Assembly: GCA_040755155.1 (NCBI GenBank)
Contig: JBFMBP010000153.1
Coordinates: forward strand, 106,010-170,009
DNA: 64,000 bases
Source: Candidatus Omnitrophota bacterium
GTDB taxonomy: Bacteria > Hinthialibacterota > Hinthialibacteria > Hinthialibacterales > Hinthialibacteraceae
Direction: 5' to 3'
Positions 1 to 9,371 of the stretch are shown here, one piece after another. Under the pieces are notes generated by a model, which worked only from the letters and a program-made list of their open reading frames with translations, searched no databases and was not told the origin of the DNA. A program made the position numbers and the translations under genes. How positions within the stretch are numbered: the stretch's first letter is position 1; every line of letters begins with the position of its first letter.

Positions 1-1043
1 CGCTGCCGATCGGCATTTCCTTCTTCATTTTCCAGAGCATCAGTTACACCATCGACGTATACCGCCAAGAATCGCCGCCGGTGCGTTCCTTCTCCGATTT
101 CGCTTGTTTCGTGGCTTTGTTCCCCCAACTCATCGCCGGTCCTATCGTGCGCTACAACACCATCGCCGAGCAACTCGTCGAACGGACGCATTCGCGGGAA
201 AAATTCGCTTCTGGAATTGCGCTGTTTATTTTGGGCTTCGCCAAGAAACTCTTTTTAGCCAATATTATCGGGCAATCGGCGGATGCTGTCTTCAACGCGG
301 AAGCGCCGGGAATGTTGGACGCCTGGTTCGGCGTTACGGCTTACGCCTTTCAGATTTATTTCGATTTTTCCGCCTATTCCGACATGGCCATCGGCCTGGG
401 GCGCATGTTCGGCTTCGAATTTCTGCGCAATTTCAACGCGCCCTATCACGCCGACAGCATCACCGAATTCTGGCGGCGATGGCACATTTCGCTCTCCACA
501 TTTCTGCGGGATTATCTCTATATTCCCCTCGGCGGAAATCGCTATGGCCCCCGCCGCACGTACATTAACCTGACGATTACCATGCTGCTCGGCGGCCTCT
601 GGCACGGCGCCAGCTGGGTTTTCGTGATTTGGGGAGCTTATCATGGCGCGCTGCTGGCCTTCGAGCGCTGGCGAGGCAAGAAGAGCGTCTACGAGAAGCT
701 GCCCCGTCCAGTGCGCGTCGGCGTAACGTTCGTGCTGGTATTGTTTTCCTGGGTGTTGTTCCGCTGCCCCACATTGGAAGGCGCGTCGCGATTCTTCCAG
801 GCGATGTTCGGCATGGCTGGCGCCAGCGGCGGTTCCATCCTGTTGGGAGCGGAAATCTATACCCAAGGCCAATTTCTTATGATGACTCTCTGCGCTCTGT
901 TGGCGTTTCAGAAAAAGCAGGCGTTCGATTGGGCCGTCAACATTACCTGGACGAAGGCGATTGTATTAATCGTTCTTTTTATATTCTCGTTAATGGCGAT
1001 GTTCGCCCAATCGTTCAATCCATTCTTGTATTATCAATTTTAG
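1..1043 (+). CDS. MBOAT-family membrane-bound O-acyltransferase (AlgI/DltB/PatA-like); 5' end truncated by the window edge
   Basis: ORF 81-1043 stays open in frame back to position 1 (upstream peptide ..LPIGISFFIFQSISYTIDVYRQ.. is typical of AlgI). Contains the MBOAT signature WRRWHISLSTFLRDYLYIPLGGNR with the conserved His, and is hydrophobic throughout. Confidence 0.85.
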   Translation, partial: LPIGISFFIFQSISYTIDVYRQESPPVRSFSDFACFVALFPQLIAGPIVRYNTIAEQLVERTHSREKFASGIALFILGFAKKLFLANIIGQSADAVFNAEAPGMLDAWFGVTAYAFQIYFDFSAYSDMAIGLGRMFGFEFLRNFNAPYHADSITEFWRRWHISLSTFLRDYLYIPLGGNRYGPRRTYINLTITMLLGGLWHGASWVFVIWGAYHGALLAFERWRGKKSVYEKLPRPVRVGVTFVLVLFSWVLFRCPTLEGASRFFQAMFGMAGASGGSILLGAEIYTQGQFLMMTLCALLAFQKKQAFDWAVNITWTKAIVLIVLFIFSLMAMFAQSFNPFLYYQF

Positions 1044-1053
1044 GAGAATTTCC

Positions 1054-2217
1054 ATGACGCAAGCGCGTGGAAAAGAGATTTTTCTGATAGCGGCTTTTTT
1101 AACGATTATTTTCGGGGCTGGTCTGATTCAAGCGGGCGTCGAGATGAGCCAAAGCGAAAAGCCCCAAGTACTCGAACTATTCCAGCAAAAACCTACATCG
1201 AGCCATCTCCGTTCCTTCGAAAAAAATCTAGAGCGATCTAGTTGGTTTTCCCAAAAATTGCAACCCGTCATGCGTTGGCTTCAATATGAAATTCTCAAAG
1301 ATGCAGGCGACAAAGCGCTTATGGGCCGCGATGGATGGTTCTTTTACAAACCGAGCGTTCAGTTTCTCATTGAGTGGTGGCCCATGCCCAAAACCGCTTT
1401 CACCAACCTGATCGCAAAGACCGCCTTGGCGGAAGCAGAAAATCCCGTTCCCGCTATTCTTCATTTCCGCGATCAACTGGCGGCGCGGGGAATCCAACTG
1501 TTGGTTATGCCCGCTCCCAGCAAAGCCAGCATTTATCCGAATAAACTCGTTTCCCGCGCCGTGGATGAAGAGCGGCCAGTTTATATTCACGCGAAGAAAG
1601 TAATGGAGGAGTTGCAAAAATCCGGCGTGGATGTACTCGATCTTTTTGACGTTTTCGCAAAGACTCCGCCTCCTCCAGGAGAAGAGTATTACCTGGCTCA
1701 AGATACCCACTGGTCGCCGCAAGGCACGAAATTGGCGGCGCATGCGGCCGCCCGCAGAATTCTCGAACGCGGCTGGCTGGACAAAGGAACCACTGCCTAC
1801 GAACTGAAACCGGCGCCAGTGCGGCGGCATGGCGACGTGCTGCGAATGATGGACCTCCCGCAAGCCGCTCGCGATTATGTCCAGGAAGATTTGCATTGCG
1901 AGCAAGTCGTACAGAACGGCGGCGAACTCTTCCACAACGATTCCCAATCGGAAATCCTCGTCATCGGCGACAGTTTTTTGCGCATCTACGAATTGGACGA
2001 GCCGAAATCGGCGGGCTTTATTGCTCACTTGTCCCGCGAACTGCAACGCCCCGTCGCCTCCATCGTCAACGACGGCGGCGCCTCGACGCTCGTAAGGCAG
2101 GAGCTAGCCCGCAAATCCTCCCTGCTCGCCAATAAAAAAGCGCTGCTATGGGAATTCGTCGACCGAGACATCCGCTTCGGAACGGAAGGCTGGCGCAAAA
2201 TACCCTTGCCGCAGTGA
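1054..2217 (+). CDS. AlgJ/AlgX-family periplasmic O-acetyltransferase partner (SGNH-like) of the MBOAT protein
   Basis: Starts 10 nt after the MBOAT stop with a GGAG RBS. Has an N-terminal TM/signal anchor and a D-x-H-W motif (LAQDTHWSPQG) characteristic of AlgX/AlgJ/WssI-type proteins. 387 aa. Confidence 0.65.
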   Translation: MTQARGKEIFLIAAFLTIIFGAGLIQAGVEMSQSEKPQVLELFQQKPTSSHLRSFEKNLERSSWFSQKLQPVMRWLQYEILKDAGDKALMGRDGWFFYKPSVQFLIEWWPMPKTAFTNLIAKTALAEAENPVPAILHFRDQLAARGIQLLVMPAPSKASIYPNKLVSRAVDEERPVYIHAKKVMEELQKSGVDVLDLFDVFAKTPPPPGEEYYLAQDTHWSPQGTKLAAHAAARRILERGWLDKGTTAYELKPAPVRRHGDVLRMMDLPQAARDYVQEDLHCEQVVQNGGELFHNDSQSEILVIGDSFLRIYELDEPKSAGFIAHLSRELQRPVASIVNDGGASTLVRQELARKSSLLANKKALLWEFVDRDIRFGTEGWRKIPLPQ

Positions 2218-2377
2218 GAAGTTCATCCCGCTCCAACCGTCTTCCACCCATTATCCTAAAAACGGCAATTGGCAATGGATTTAAGAATATTAATTCTTGT
2301 TTTTCAATTGTTGCGTAATGGAATTCTTATTACCCAAAAGGAGAGAGGAACATATTTCATAAGCCACTGAATTTCTT

Positions 2378-2423
2378 TTACTAATCACTTGTCACTCGTT
2401 ACTAATCACTATTTTTAGGATTA
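2378..2423. repeat. Intergenic motif TTACTAATCAC..TTTTTAGGAT (copy 1 of 3; others at 50598-50636 and split at 60361-60372 / 60577-60596)
   Basis: Near-identical 40-46-nt strings in three intergenic regions upstream of + strand genes. Related ATCCTAAA(A/G)GACGGC direct repeats lie at 2252-2268 and 2488-2504. Confidence 0.6.
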
Positions 2424-2543
2424 TTCGTCCTCTTCCCAAGAGACAATGGTTCGATTTTAATATCGCAAACCGCTATTTAAATTTCTTATCCTAAAGGACG
2501 GCTTCGATTCCGTTTGCAATTTTCGTTTGTGGAGTAGATATCG

Positions 2544-5500
2544 ATGATTATTCTTCATGCCGGTTGGGTTGAGGAAAGGCTATGGATTTGGGGCGAAACG
2601 CCAAACGAACTAACAACATCTTCTTCCAGTCTGCGTTCTTTGCGAAACAACTCTTCTATTCCATTTTATTCTTATGACGCCGGTTTCGCTTTATTATCCG
2701 AAACGCTTTTCGCCGCCAGTTTAGCGCCTAGCTTTCCCCAAAAAGATTCCCGCGAGTTGTTCGCCTGGATTCCTGCAAAAGGAGAGCGCCCCTTTGCTTC
2801 CAGCCCCTTGATCGGCGAACCTCCCGTCTTGCGCCGGAAAACCGCGCTCGTTCCCTGGCGGATAACAGCCTTGCCTCTCGCCGCCGGTTCGCTGATTTCC
2901 TTTCTTTGTTCATGCGTCAATAAAGAGATGTTTTCGCCGGGCGTCTTGTTGGGCGCCGATCTGAAATACTGGGCGGGGGGTTTTCGATTCGCCGGAAGCC
3001 TCGCGGCGCGTCAGCAATTTCTTCCCGCTATCGTCGAAGACAAAAACGTTTTCCGGGCGCGATGGAAACCTGTCCTCGGCGGGGAAGACGTAAAACGAAA
3101 AACCTTGTTGGCTAAGGCTATGCCCGCCGCCTGCCGCGCTCTTTCCTTGGAGGAAAACAGCGTGCCTGACGCCGCGCCGGAAACAATAGCAATCCAATTT
3201 ATCGAGGCGATCGTCGACGGTCTGGCGCGTTCGCAGAAACCGAAGATGGCATCCTTCCCTTCCATCAAAAAGAAACCCGAAAAAATAACTTCCTTCGACA
3301 GTCTGCACGACCAATGGCTTCATGCTTTACATTCCGCAGACGGCGAATTGGATGGCGGTTTAGACGAACTCCGGAAGTTAGCGGAAGATATCCGCGTTTG
3401 GCGGCGCCCAATGGATATCTCCGCATCGACGCCATTGCGTTTGTGCTTCCGCCTGGAAGAACCGGAAGAGGAATCCGAGTTGGAAAGAAAAAAGCGCGCC
3501 AAACGAAAAGACTGGTTTGTGCGTTATTTGCTGCAAGACGCCGCCGATCCCAGTCTGCTTATCCCCGTCATGGACGCATGGACTCCAAAAAAACGAACCG
3601 CCAAACTCTTGGAGCGTCCCCATTTTTCGCCTACGGAATATCTTTTGTTCTCTCTTGGCCAAGCGTCGAATGTTTGCGTTCCCATCGAGGCCAGTTTGAA
3701 ATCGGCCGCTCCGGCGGGATATGAAGCCAGCGCCGAGGGCGCATTGGAATTCCTCAACGAAAGCGCGCTCTTGCTCGAACAGATGGGATTCGGCGTATTG
3801 CTGCCTTCCTGGTGGACGGGAAAAGGGACCAAACAGCGCCTATCGCTGAAAGCGAAAGTAAAAAGCCCGGCGATGCAAGGCGGCGGGGGATTGTCGCTCG
3901 ACGAGATAATTCAATTCCAATGGCAGGCGGCGCTGGGAGACGAGGAAATTTCTCTCAATGAACTCCTGGAACTCGCGGAGATGAAATCCTCTTTGGTAAA
4001 AATGCGCGGCCAATGGGTGCATATTCATCCGGACGAAATTCAACAGGCGATCGAATTCTGGAAGAAAAAGACGAACGAACAGACGACGCTCCGCGACGTT
4101 ATCCAAATGGCCTTGGGAAAAGCGAATGCGCCAAGAGGTTTCGATTTCGCGGGCGTAGCGGCGGAGGGCTGGGTCGCCGATTTTCTGGATCGGCTGAACG
4201 GAAACGCTTCCTTCGAAGAGCAATCGCCGCATCCGAATTTTCAAGGTGAATTGCGTCCCTATCAAAGGCGGGGCTATTCGTGGCTCTCTTTTCTCCGAGA
4301 GTGGGGATTGGGCGCATGTCTGGCCGACGATATGGGGTTGGGAAAAACCATCCAGGCGTTGGCCCTATTCCAAAACGAACGGCATAACAATGGCCAAGCC
4401 CCGGTGCTTCTGGTTTGCCCGACTTCTGTCGTGGGGAACTGGCAGAAAGAAGCGGAGCGTTTCACTCCCGACTTGTCCGTCATGATTCATCACGGCCTTA
4501 CGCGCAAGAAGGGGGAGGCGTTCGTTAAGAATGCGTCCCAAAACGCTATTGTGATTACTAGCTATGCGCTGCTGCATCGCGATTTCGAAATTCTCAAAGA
4601 TATCCGTTGGAGCGGCGTCGTTCTGGACGAAGCGCAAAACATTAAAAATCCCGAAACCAAACAGGCCAAAGCGGCGCGATCCCTTCCCGCCGATTACCGC
4701 ATCGCCTTGACCGGTACGCCGGTGGAAAATAACGTCGGCGACTTATGGTCTATCATGGAATTTCTCAATCCCGGCTTTTTGGGAACGCAAAAAGAATTCA
4801 AAGAAACCTTTTTCATCCCCATCCAGGCCCTGCGCGATCAAGAGGCCATCCAGCGGTTGAAACGTTTTACAGGACCGTTCATTCTCCGGCGTTTGAAGAC
4901 GGACAAAACGATCATTTCCGATCTTCCCGAAAAAATGGAAATGAAAGTGTATTGCAACCTGACCAAGGAGCAGGCGTCGCTGTATGCGGCGGTGGTGAAA
5001 GACGCCGAAGAACAATTGGAATCCTCCGAAGGAATCCAGCGCAAAGGCGTCGTCCTGGCCACGCTTTCCAAACTGAAACAAGTCTGCAATCACCCCGCCC
5101 AGTTTTTAGGCGATAATTCCGCCATTCCGCAACGGTCGGGAAAATTGGCGCGTTTGACGGAGATGCTCGAAGAAGTTCTCGCGGTGAAAGACCGGGCGGT
5201 GATCTTTTCGCAATTCTCCGAAATGGGCGGCATCCTCCAACGGCATCTCCAAGAAGTATTCGGACAGGAAATATTCTTCCTGCATGGAGGAACGCCGAAG
5301 AAGCACAGAGACCGCATGGTGGAGCAGTTTCAAAAGGACGGCGGTCCCAATTTCTTCATCCTATCCCTGAAAGCCGGAGGCACGGGATTGAACCTGACGC
5401 AAGCCAATCACGTGTTCCATTTCGATCGATGGTGGAATCCGGCGGTGGAAAACCAGGCGACAGACCGCGCCTTCCGCATCGGACAGACGAAAAACGTCCA

Positions 5501-5675
5501 GGTGCATAAATTCCTCTGCGCCGGGACTCTGGAAGAGCGCATCGATGAAATGATCGAAAGCAAAAAAGAGATCGCCGGCGGCGTCGTGGGAACCGGCGAA
5601 GCCTGGCTCACCGAACTCTCCACGAAGGAACTGAAGAAACTGTTTGCGCTGAGTCAAGACGCGGTTTCCGAATAA
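2544..5675 (+). CDS. SNF2-family DEAD/DEAH-box helicase with a long N-terminal SNF2-associated region
   Basis: Motif I DDMGLGKT and LTGTPVENN. C-terminal helicase motifs LSLKAGGTGLNLT, DRWWNP and QATDRAFRIGQ. 1043 aa. GGAG RBS 10 nt upstream of the ATG. Confidence 0.9.
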   Translation: MIILHAGWVEERLWIWGETPNELTTSSSSLRSLRNNSSIPFYSYDAGFALLSETLFAASLAPSFPQKDSRELFAWIPAKGERPFASSPLIGEPPVLRRKTALVPWRITALPLAAGSLISFLCSCVNKEMFSPGVLLGADLKYWAGGFRFAGSLAARQQFLPAIVEDKNVFRARWKPVLGGEDVKRKTLLAKAMPAACRALSLEENSVPDAAPETIAIQFIEAIVDGLARSQKPKMASFPSIKKKPEKITSFDSLHDQWLHALHSADGELDGGLDELRKLAEDIRVWRRPMDISASTPLRLCFRLEEPEEESELERKKRAKRKDWFVRYLLQDAADPSLLIPVMDAWTPKKRTAKLLERPHFSPTEYLLFSLGQASNVCVPIEASLKSAAPAGYEASAEGALEFLNESALLLEQMGFGVLLPSWWTGKGTKQRLSLKAKVKSPAMQGGGGLSLDEIIQFQWQAALGDEEISLNELLELAEMKSSLVKMRGQWVHIHPDEIQQAIEFWKKKTNEQTTLRDVIQMALGKANAPRGFDFAGVAAEGWVADFLDRLNGNASFEEQSPHPNFQGELRPYQRRGYSWLSFLREWGLGACLADDMGLGKTIQALALFQNERHNNGQAPVLLVCPTSVVGNWQKEAERFTPDLSVMIHHGLTRKKGEAFVKNASQNAIVITSYALLHRDFEILKDIRWSGVVLDEAQNIKNPETKQAKAARSLPADYRIALTGTPVENNVGDLWSIMEFLNPGFLGTQKEFKETFFIPIQALRDQEAIQRLKRFTGPFILRRLKTDKTIISDLPEKMEMKVYCNLTKEQASLYAAVVKDAEEQLESSEGIQRKGVVLATLSKLKQVCNHPAQFLGDNSAIPQRSGKLARLTEMLEEVLAVKDRAVIFSQFSEMGGILQRHLQEVFGQEIFFLHGGTPKKHRDRMVEQFQKDGGPNFFILSLKAGGTGLNLTQANHVFHFDRWWNPAVENQATDRAFRIGQTKNVQVHKFLCAGTLEERIDEMIESKKEIAGGVVGTGEAWLTELSTKELKKLFALSQDAVSE

Positions 5676-5688
5676 ATGAGGTCTAATT

Positions 5689-6573
5689 ATGGTTCGCGGA
5701 CGAAGATACTCCTATTACGATTTCGGATATTATCCCCCTTCCACTCCCCTTGAAGCGAAAGGGGGCATCAAGGCGCAATCTAAGAAAGGAGCATTCGCCC
5801 AGAAATGGTGGGCGAAGCGATGGATCGAGGTCTTGGAGAGTTTCCAAATCGGAGCTCGTTTGGGCCGGGGACGCTCCTACGCCCGCCGAGGACAGGTGCT
5901 CTCCGTCGATATCGAGAAGGGCGCCATCAAAGCCGCCGTGCAAGGCTCGCGGCCCAAGCCTTATTCCGTCTCCATTCAAGTCAAGCAATTGACTGCGGCG
6001 GAGTGGAAAAAAATCGTTGAACAGATTTCCCAACAGCCTCTTTTCGCCGCCAAACTCTTGGCGGGCGAAATGCCGGAAGATATCGAATACGTCTTCCATG
6101 ATTTGGCGCTTTCCCTCTTTCCCTCGAAATTCATCGACTTGAAAACAGAATGCAGCTGCCCGGATTGGTCGAATCCCTGCAAACATATCGCGGCGGTCTT
6201 TTATCTTCTCGGCGAGGAATTCGACCGCGATCCCTTTTTGATCTTCAAAATGCGCGGCCTAACGCGGGATGAATTGCTTTCCCGTCTTACGCCCGTCAAA
6301 CCAACGGCGAATCATTCCCCCCAATCCGAAACAATCAAAGCCTCTCCCGAACCTCTCCCGGCAGACGAACATGCGTTTTGGCAGGGCGGCGACCTGAAAG
6401 AAGAACTTTGGGGGACGGCGAGCATTCCACAAACGCCCGCGGCGCTGCCGAAGCGATTGGGAAATTTCCCCTTTTGGCGAGGAAAAGAATCGTTCCTATC
6501 CGTTATGGAAGAATATTATATCCAGGCTTCCCAGCATGGCCTGAATGCGTTCCTAGGCGAACCGCTGGAATAA
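5689..6573 (+). CDS. SWIM zinc-finger protein, partner of the SNF2 helicase
   Basis: CxCx6CxH motif (CSCPDWSNPCKH). 13-nt gap after the SNF2 gene with a GAGG RBS. The SNF2+SWIM gene pair is a known conserved bacterial arrangement (B. subtilis ywqA/ywqB-like). Confidence 0.8.
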   Translation: MVRGRRYSYYDFGYYPPSTPLEAKGGIKAQSKKGAFAQKWWAKRWIEVLESFQIGARLGRGRSYARRGQVLSVDIEKGAIKAAVQGSRPKPYSVSIQVKQLTAAEWKKIVEQISQQPLFAAKLLAGEMPEDIEYVFHDLALSLFPSKFIDLKTECSCPDWSNPCKHIAAVFYLLGEEFDRDPFLIFKMRGLTRDELLSRLTPVKPTANHSPQSETIKASPEPLPADEHAFWQGGDLKEELWGTASIPQTPAALPKRLGNFPFWRGKESFLSVMEEYYIQASQHGLNAFLGEPLE

Positions 6574-6623
6574 TAGGCGTATTCATATCGAGAATGTATA
6601 CATTAATCATCATCGCATGTTTT

Positions 6624-9287
6624 TCATTCTCCCATCCCCAGGACCGGCTCCCAGACGAGGCGAAGGCCTATTCCATAATCATTTCTAGACGTTGTACTCT
6701 GGAAATAGCGTTTCGCCGACCGGACATCGCAATAATAAGCGCCGCCGCCTCGGCATACATAATTGATACCAGAGCTTGGCCCGGTTGGATCGATTTGTTC
6801 CTTGCTGATATACTGTCCAAACCAATCCTGGCAACGTTCATAAACATTTCCGCTCATATCAAATAAGCCCCAGGCGTTCGGCAGCTTTAAGCCCACAGGG
6901 AAGAAAGTTTTTGTCGACGCGCTTACATAATAACACATACGCTTCATTTTCCCATCGCTCCCTAATTCATCTTCCCCCCAATAGTATCTTGTCGTCGTTC
7001 CTGCGCGGCAGGCGTATTCCCACTCCGCCTCCGTCGGCAAAAGGAATATCCCCAGTCCTAATCCATTTAACTTTAGCAAATAGGACTGGATAGATTGAAA
7101 TGTTATTTTATCGACGGGAATATCGTCTTTATCGCTGCGTCTTCCCATCAGAGCATACCACTGCGCATTAGTCGTTTCATATTTGCTTAAGTAAAATGGT
7201 TTCGTCAATGTGACCGTATGCTGGATTTCCGACGATCCACGACATATTTCGCCTTCTGGACTTCCCATTCGAAACGTTCCAGGCTGAATATAAACGAAAT
7301 CAAGCGGAATATTATTGTCAGGCAATCCAGGAAGTAATATCCTGTGCATTTCCATTTCAGTGTTCAAAGTCCATTCGCTTTCCATAACTCGTTTCACGCC
7401 GTCCGTGGAAAATCCGACAACACGAAAGCGATAGCATTTGCCTTTTTGAGGACCTTCCCGATAGGCAGGAGAAATAAAAAATTGGCTTTTCGGCGACCAT
7501 TCGAAATAGCGAATCTCGCCGCTTCCCGTACTTCCTAAAAAATCATGGCCAATCATCTCGTTCACAGTTACGCGGACATGATAATTCTTTATCAAAGAGG
7601 AATCTTCGCCGAAATTCCAAGCGATTAGAATCGATCTCCCATCGGAAACGCTAGATTCCGGACTCAGCCAATCCATCGGCGGGTGGATATTTCCCGTCAT
7701 CAAGTTCGTATGCGCAATAACTCGTCCGGCGGGGACATCCGGCATAGGAATCGTAGGCATAGGCGCCGGTTCTTCTCCTTCTTGAATCATCCGCACTGGC
7801 GCCGATTGCTCCAATATGATTCGCGGACCGGATGCTATCCCCAAAGGATATACGCGAAATTGGTAAGCATGATTGAATTGCGGGCCATTTTGATATAGCG
7901 GATCAACATTTGGAGCATTTAAATGCCAATCCCAGCTTCTCGCGTCTGTGACGCAACGAGTGAGGAATTGATATCCTAAACCGTCCTGGCGGACATAAAT
8001 ATCCCAACCTTGAACGTCTGAAATATCGCTGTCCCACGCAATCGTAAGATTAACCGCATCGGGAGCGTCGAAGTCGTTTTTCCCTGTAAGATCGTCCGTC
8101 GCGCCTGGCTCATCGTAAACATGAACGGCAGTCATCGACTTTAAAACTATGGGAGAGGCCGTGGGCGAATGAGTAACTGTTGGCGTAAATGTAGGCGTAA
8201 TCGTATATGTAGGCGTAATCGTCGCTGTGGGCGTGAATGTTGGATAAGGCGGCCCCCAATATCTAGCACCCCCCCCTTCAATCGGCCCCCAGCGTTTTCC
8301 TGTATAATCGACATGATATACAAAAAATCCATAAGTATGGCCAAATTCTGGGCCATTGCGAAATTTCAAATTGACCATTGGCGAATCCGGTTCCCAAATA
8401 AAATGAAAAGGCCGTTCGATCGACCATTGGCTTCCAAGATATTCAGGATTATTACGGTCTTTTTTGTCAACCATTACGAAAATTTGAAATTCTTGAAAAT
8501 AAGTGCCATCACCGCTTTTTTCCCACCAAATCGCCAATTCTTTTTCTTCTTCCGTATCATAATCGTCATAATGTAAATACTCTGTGGAGTACCTGTCATC
8601 CGTAACTGCTACTTCGCATTCATGAACGGGGGGATAGGCGATGAATCTTGTCGGCGTCGTCAAGAAGGGCGGCGTTGGAGTAAACGTTGGAAGAGGCGCC
8701 TCGACATCGCCCTTTTCATACGTTACGGGATAATAGGTATAATATCCAATGCCTGCCATTATGCCGCGTTTTGTAACAGGAAATACATGAAAGGAATAAA
8801 GGTTTCCAAACACAGGACCGTAGCGAAAAGACTGAGTCGTAAGTTGCGTACCTGTCTTCCATATAAAAATATAGGGAGGTCTGTTTGTATTCGTATGCCC
8901 TAAATACTGATATTCTTTTTTGGCTAAAGATAAATGCACATGATAATCGACGATATCCGGATTGCTTTTTTCCGATTCGCTGGGATTCCATCGCAAAACC
9001 AATTCTCTGTCGGTAGCGCCGTCATAATCCACCCACCCGCCCAAATCGTCGAAGGTATATTGATTATCTGTAACAATCATCCCATTGGCGGGCATAGCCG
9101 GATTCCAAGTCGGCCAAGGAGTAAGGGGAGTCGGCCATTCGGTTGGCGTAAAAGTTAGCGTCGGCGTAGCGGTAGGCGTCTCTCTCGCCGCTTTCGGCGG
9201 CGGCGTTGGCGTGGGAGAGTAATACTGCGCATTGGCGATAATCGATTGGATTAGAAGAAGAGATATTGCATAATTGATTGTTTTCAT
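6624..9287 (-). CDS. Large secreted protein: signal peptide, Pro/Thr-rich linkers, four FN3-like beta-sandwich modules, C-terminal FGE-sulfatase (SUMF1/DUF323) domain. Paralog 1 of 3.
   Basis: Start trimmed to internal Met (MKTINYAISLLLIQSIIANAQ signal peptide). Module ends recur as [RQ]xGPxFGxxYxFxV. C-terminal block GSPEGE..HTVTLTKPFYLSKYETTNAQW..LPTEAEWEYACRAGTTTRYYWG..NAWGLFDMSGNVYE..RGG matches the FGE-sulfatase fold. Confidence 0.8.
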   Translation of the reverse strand: MKTINYAISLLLIQSIIANAQYYSPTPTPPPKAARETPTATPTLTFTPTEWPTPLTPWPTWNPAMPANGMIVTDNQYTFDDLGGWVDYDGATDRELVLRWNPSESEKSNPDIVDYHVHLSLAKKEYQYLGHTNTNRPPYIFIWKTGTQLTTQSFRYGPVFGNLYSFHVFPVTKRGIMAGIGYYTYYPVTYEKGDVEAPLPTFTPTPPFLTTPTRFIAYPPVHECEVAVTDDRYSTEYLHYDDYDTEEEKELAIWWEKSGDGTYFQEFQIFVMVDKKDRNNPEYLGSQWSIERPFHFIWEPDSPMVNLKFRNGPEFGHTYGFFVYHVDYTGKRWGPIEGGGARYWGPPYPTFTPTATITPTYTITPTFTPTVTHSPTASPIVLKSMTAVHVYDEPGATDDLTGKNDFDAPDAVNLTIAWDSDISDVQGWDIYVRQDGLGYQFLTRCVTDARSWDWHLNAPNVDPLYQNGPQFNHAYQFRVYPLGIASGPRIILEQSAPVRMIQEGEEPAPMPTIPMPDVPAGRVIAHTNLMTGNIHPPMDWLSPESSVSDGRSILIAWNFGEDSSLIKNYHVRVTVNEMIGHDFLGSTGSGEIRYFEWSPKSQFFISPAYREGPQKGKCYRFRVVGFSTDGVKRVMESEWTLNTEMEMHRILLPGLPDNNIPLDFVYIQPGTFRMGSPEGEICRGSSEIQHTVTLTKPFYLSKYETTNAQWYALMGRRSDKDDIPVDKITFQSIQSYLLKLNGLGLGIFLLPTEAEWEYACRAGTTTRYYWGEDELGSDGKMKRMCYYVSASTKTFFPVGLKLPNAWGLFDMSGNVYERCQDWFGQYISKEQIDPTGPSSGINYVCRGGGAYYCDVRSAKRYFQSTTSRNDYGIGLRLVWEPVLGMGE

Positions 9288-9371
9288 TGCGTTTCCCCCA
9301 TCATTCCTTTTAGAACCTGTTTTCTTATTGAAACTATTCCAAATTGAATTCTTCATGTCGCCAATGGCGGT

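Noticed and set aside
104-1057. Several overlapping ORFs (104-568 +, 255-872 -, 283-573 +, 629-1057 +) inside the MBOAT gene
   Set aside because: They are embedded in a gene with unmistakable MBOAT motifs. The alternative-frame products are Arg-rich nonsense.
1228-2046. 272-aa antisense ORF within the AlgJ-like gene
   Set aside because: No domain signal. The opposite-strand gene has the AlgX DTHW motif and a proper RBS.
2440-2470. GGTTCGATT string checked as a possible tRNA T-loop
   Set aside because: No acceptor, D-arm or anticodon-arm pairing around it and no CCA-proximal stem. No tRNA, rRNA or CRISPR repeat-spacer periodicity was detectable anywhere in the window by eye.
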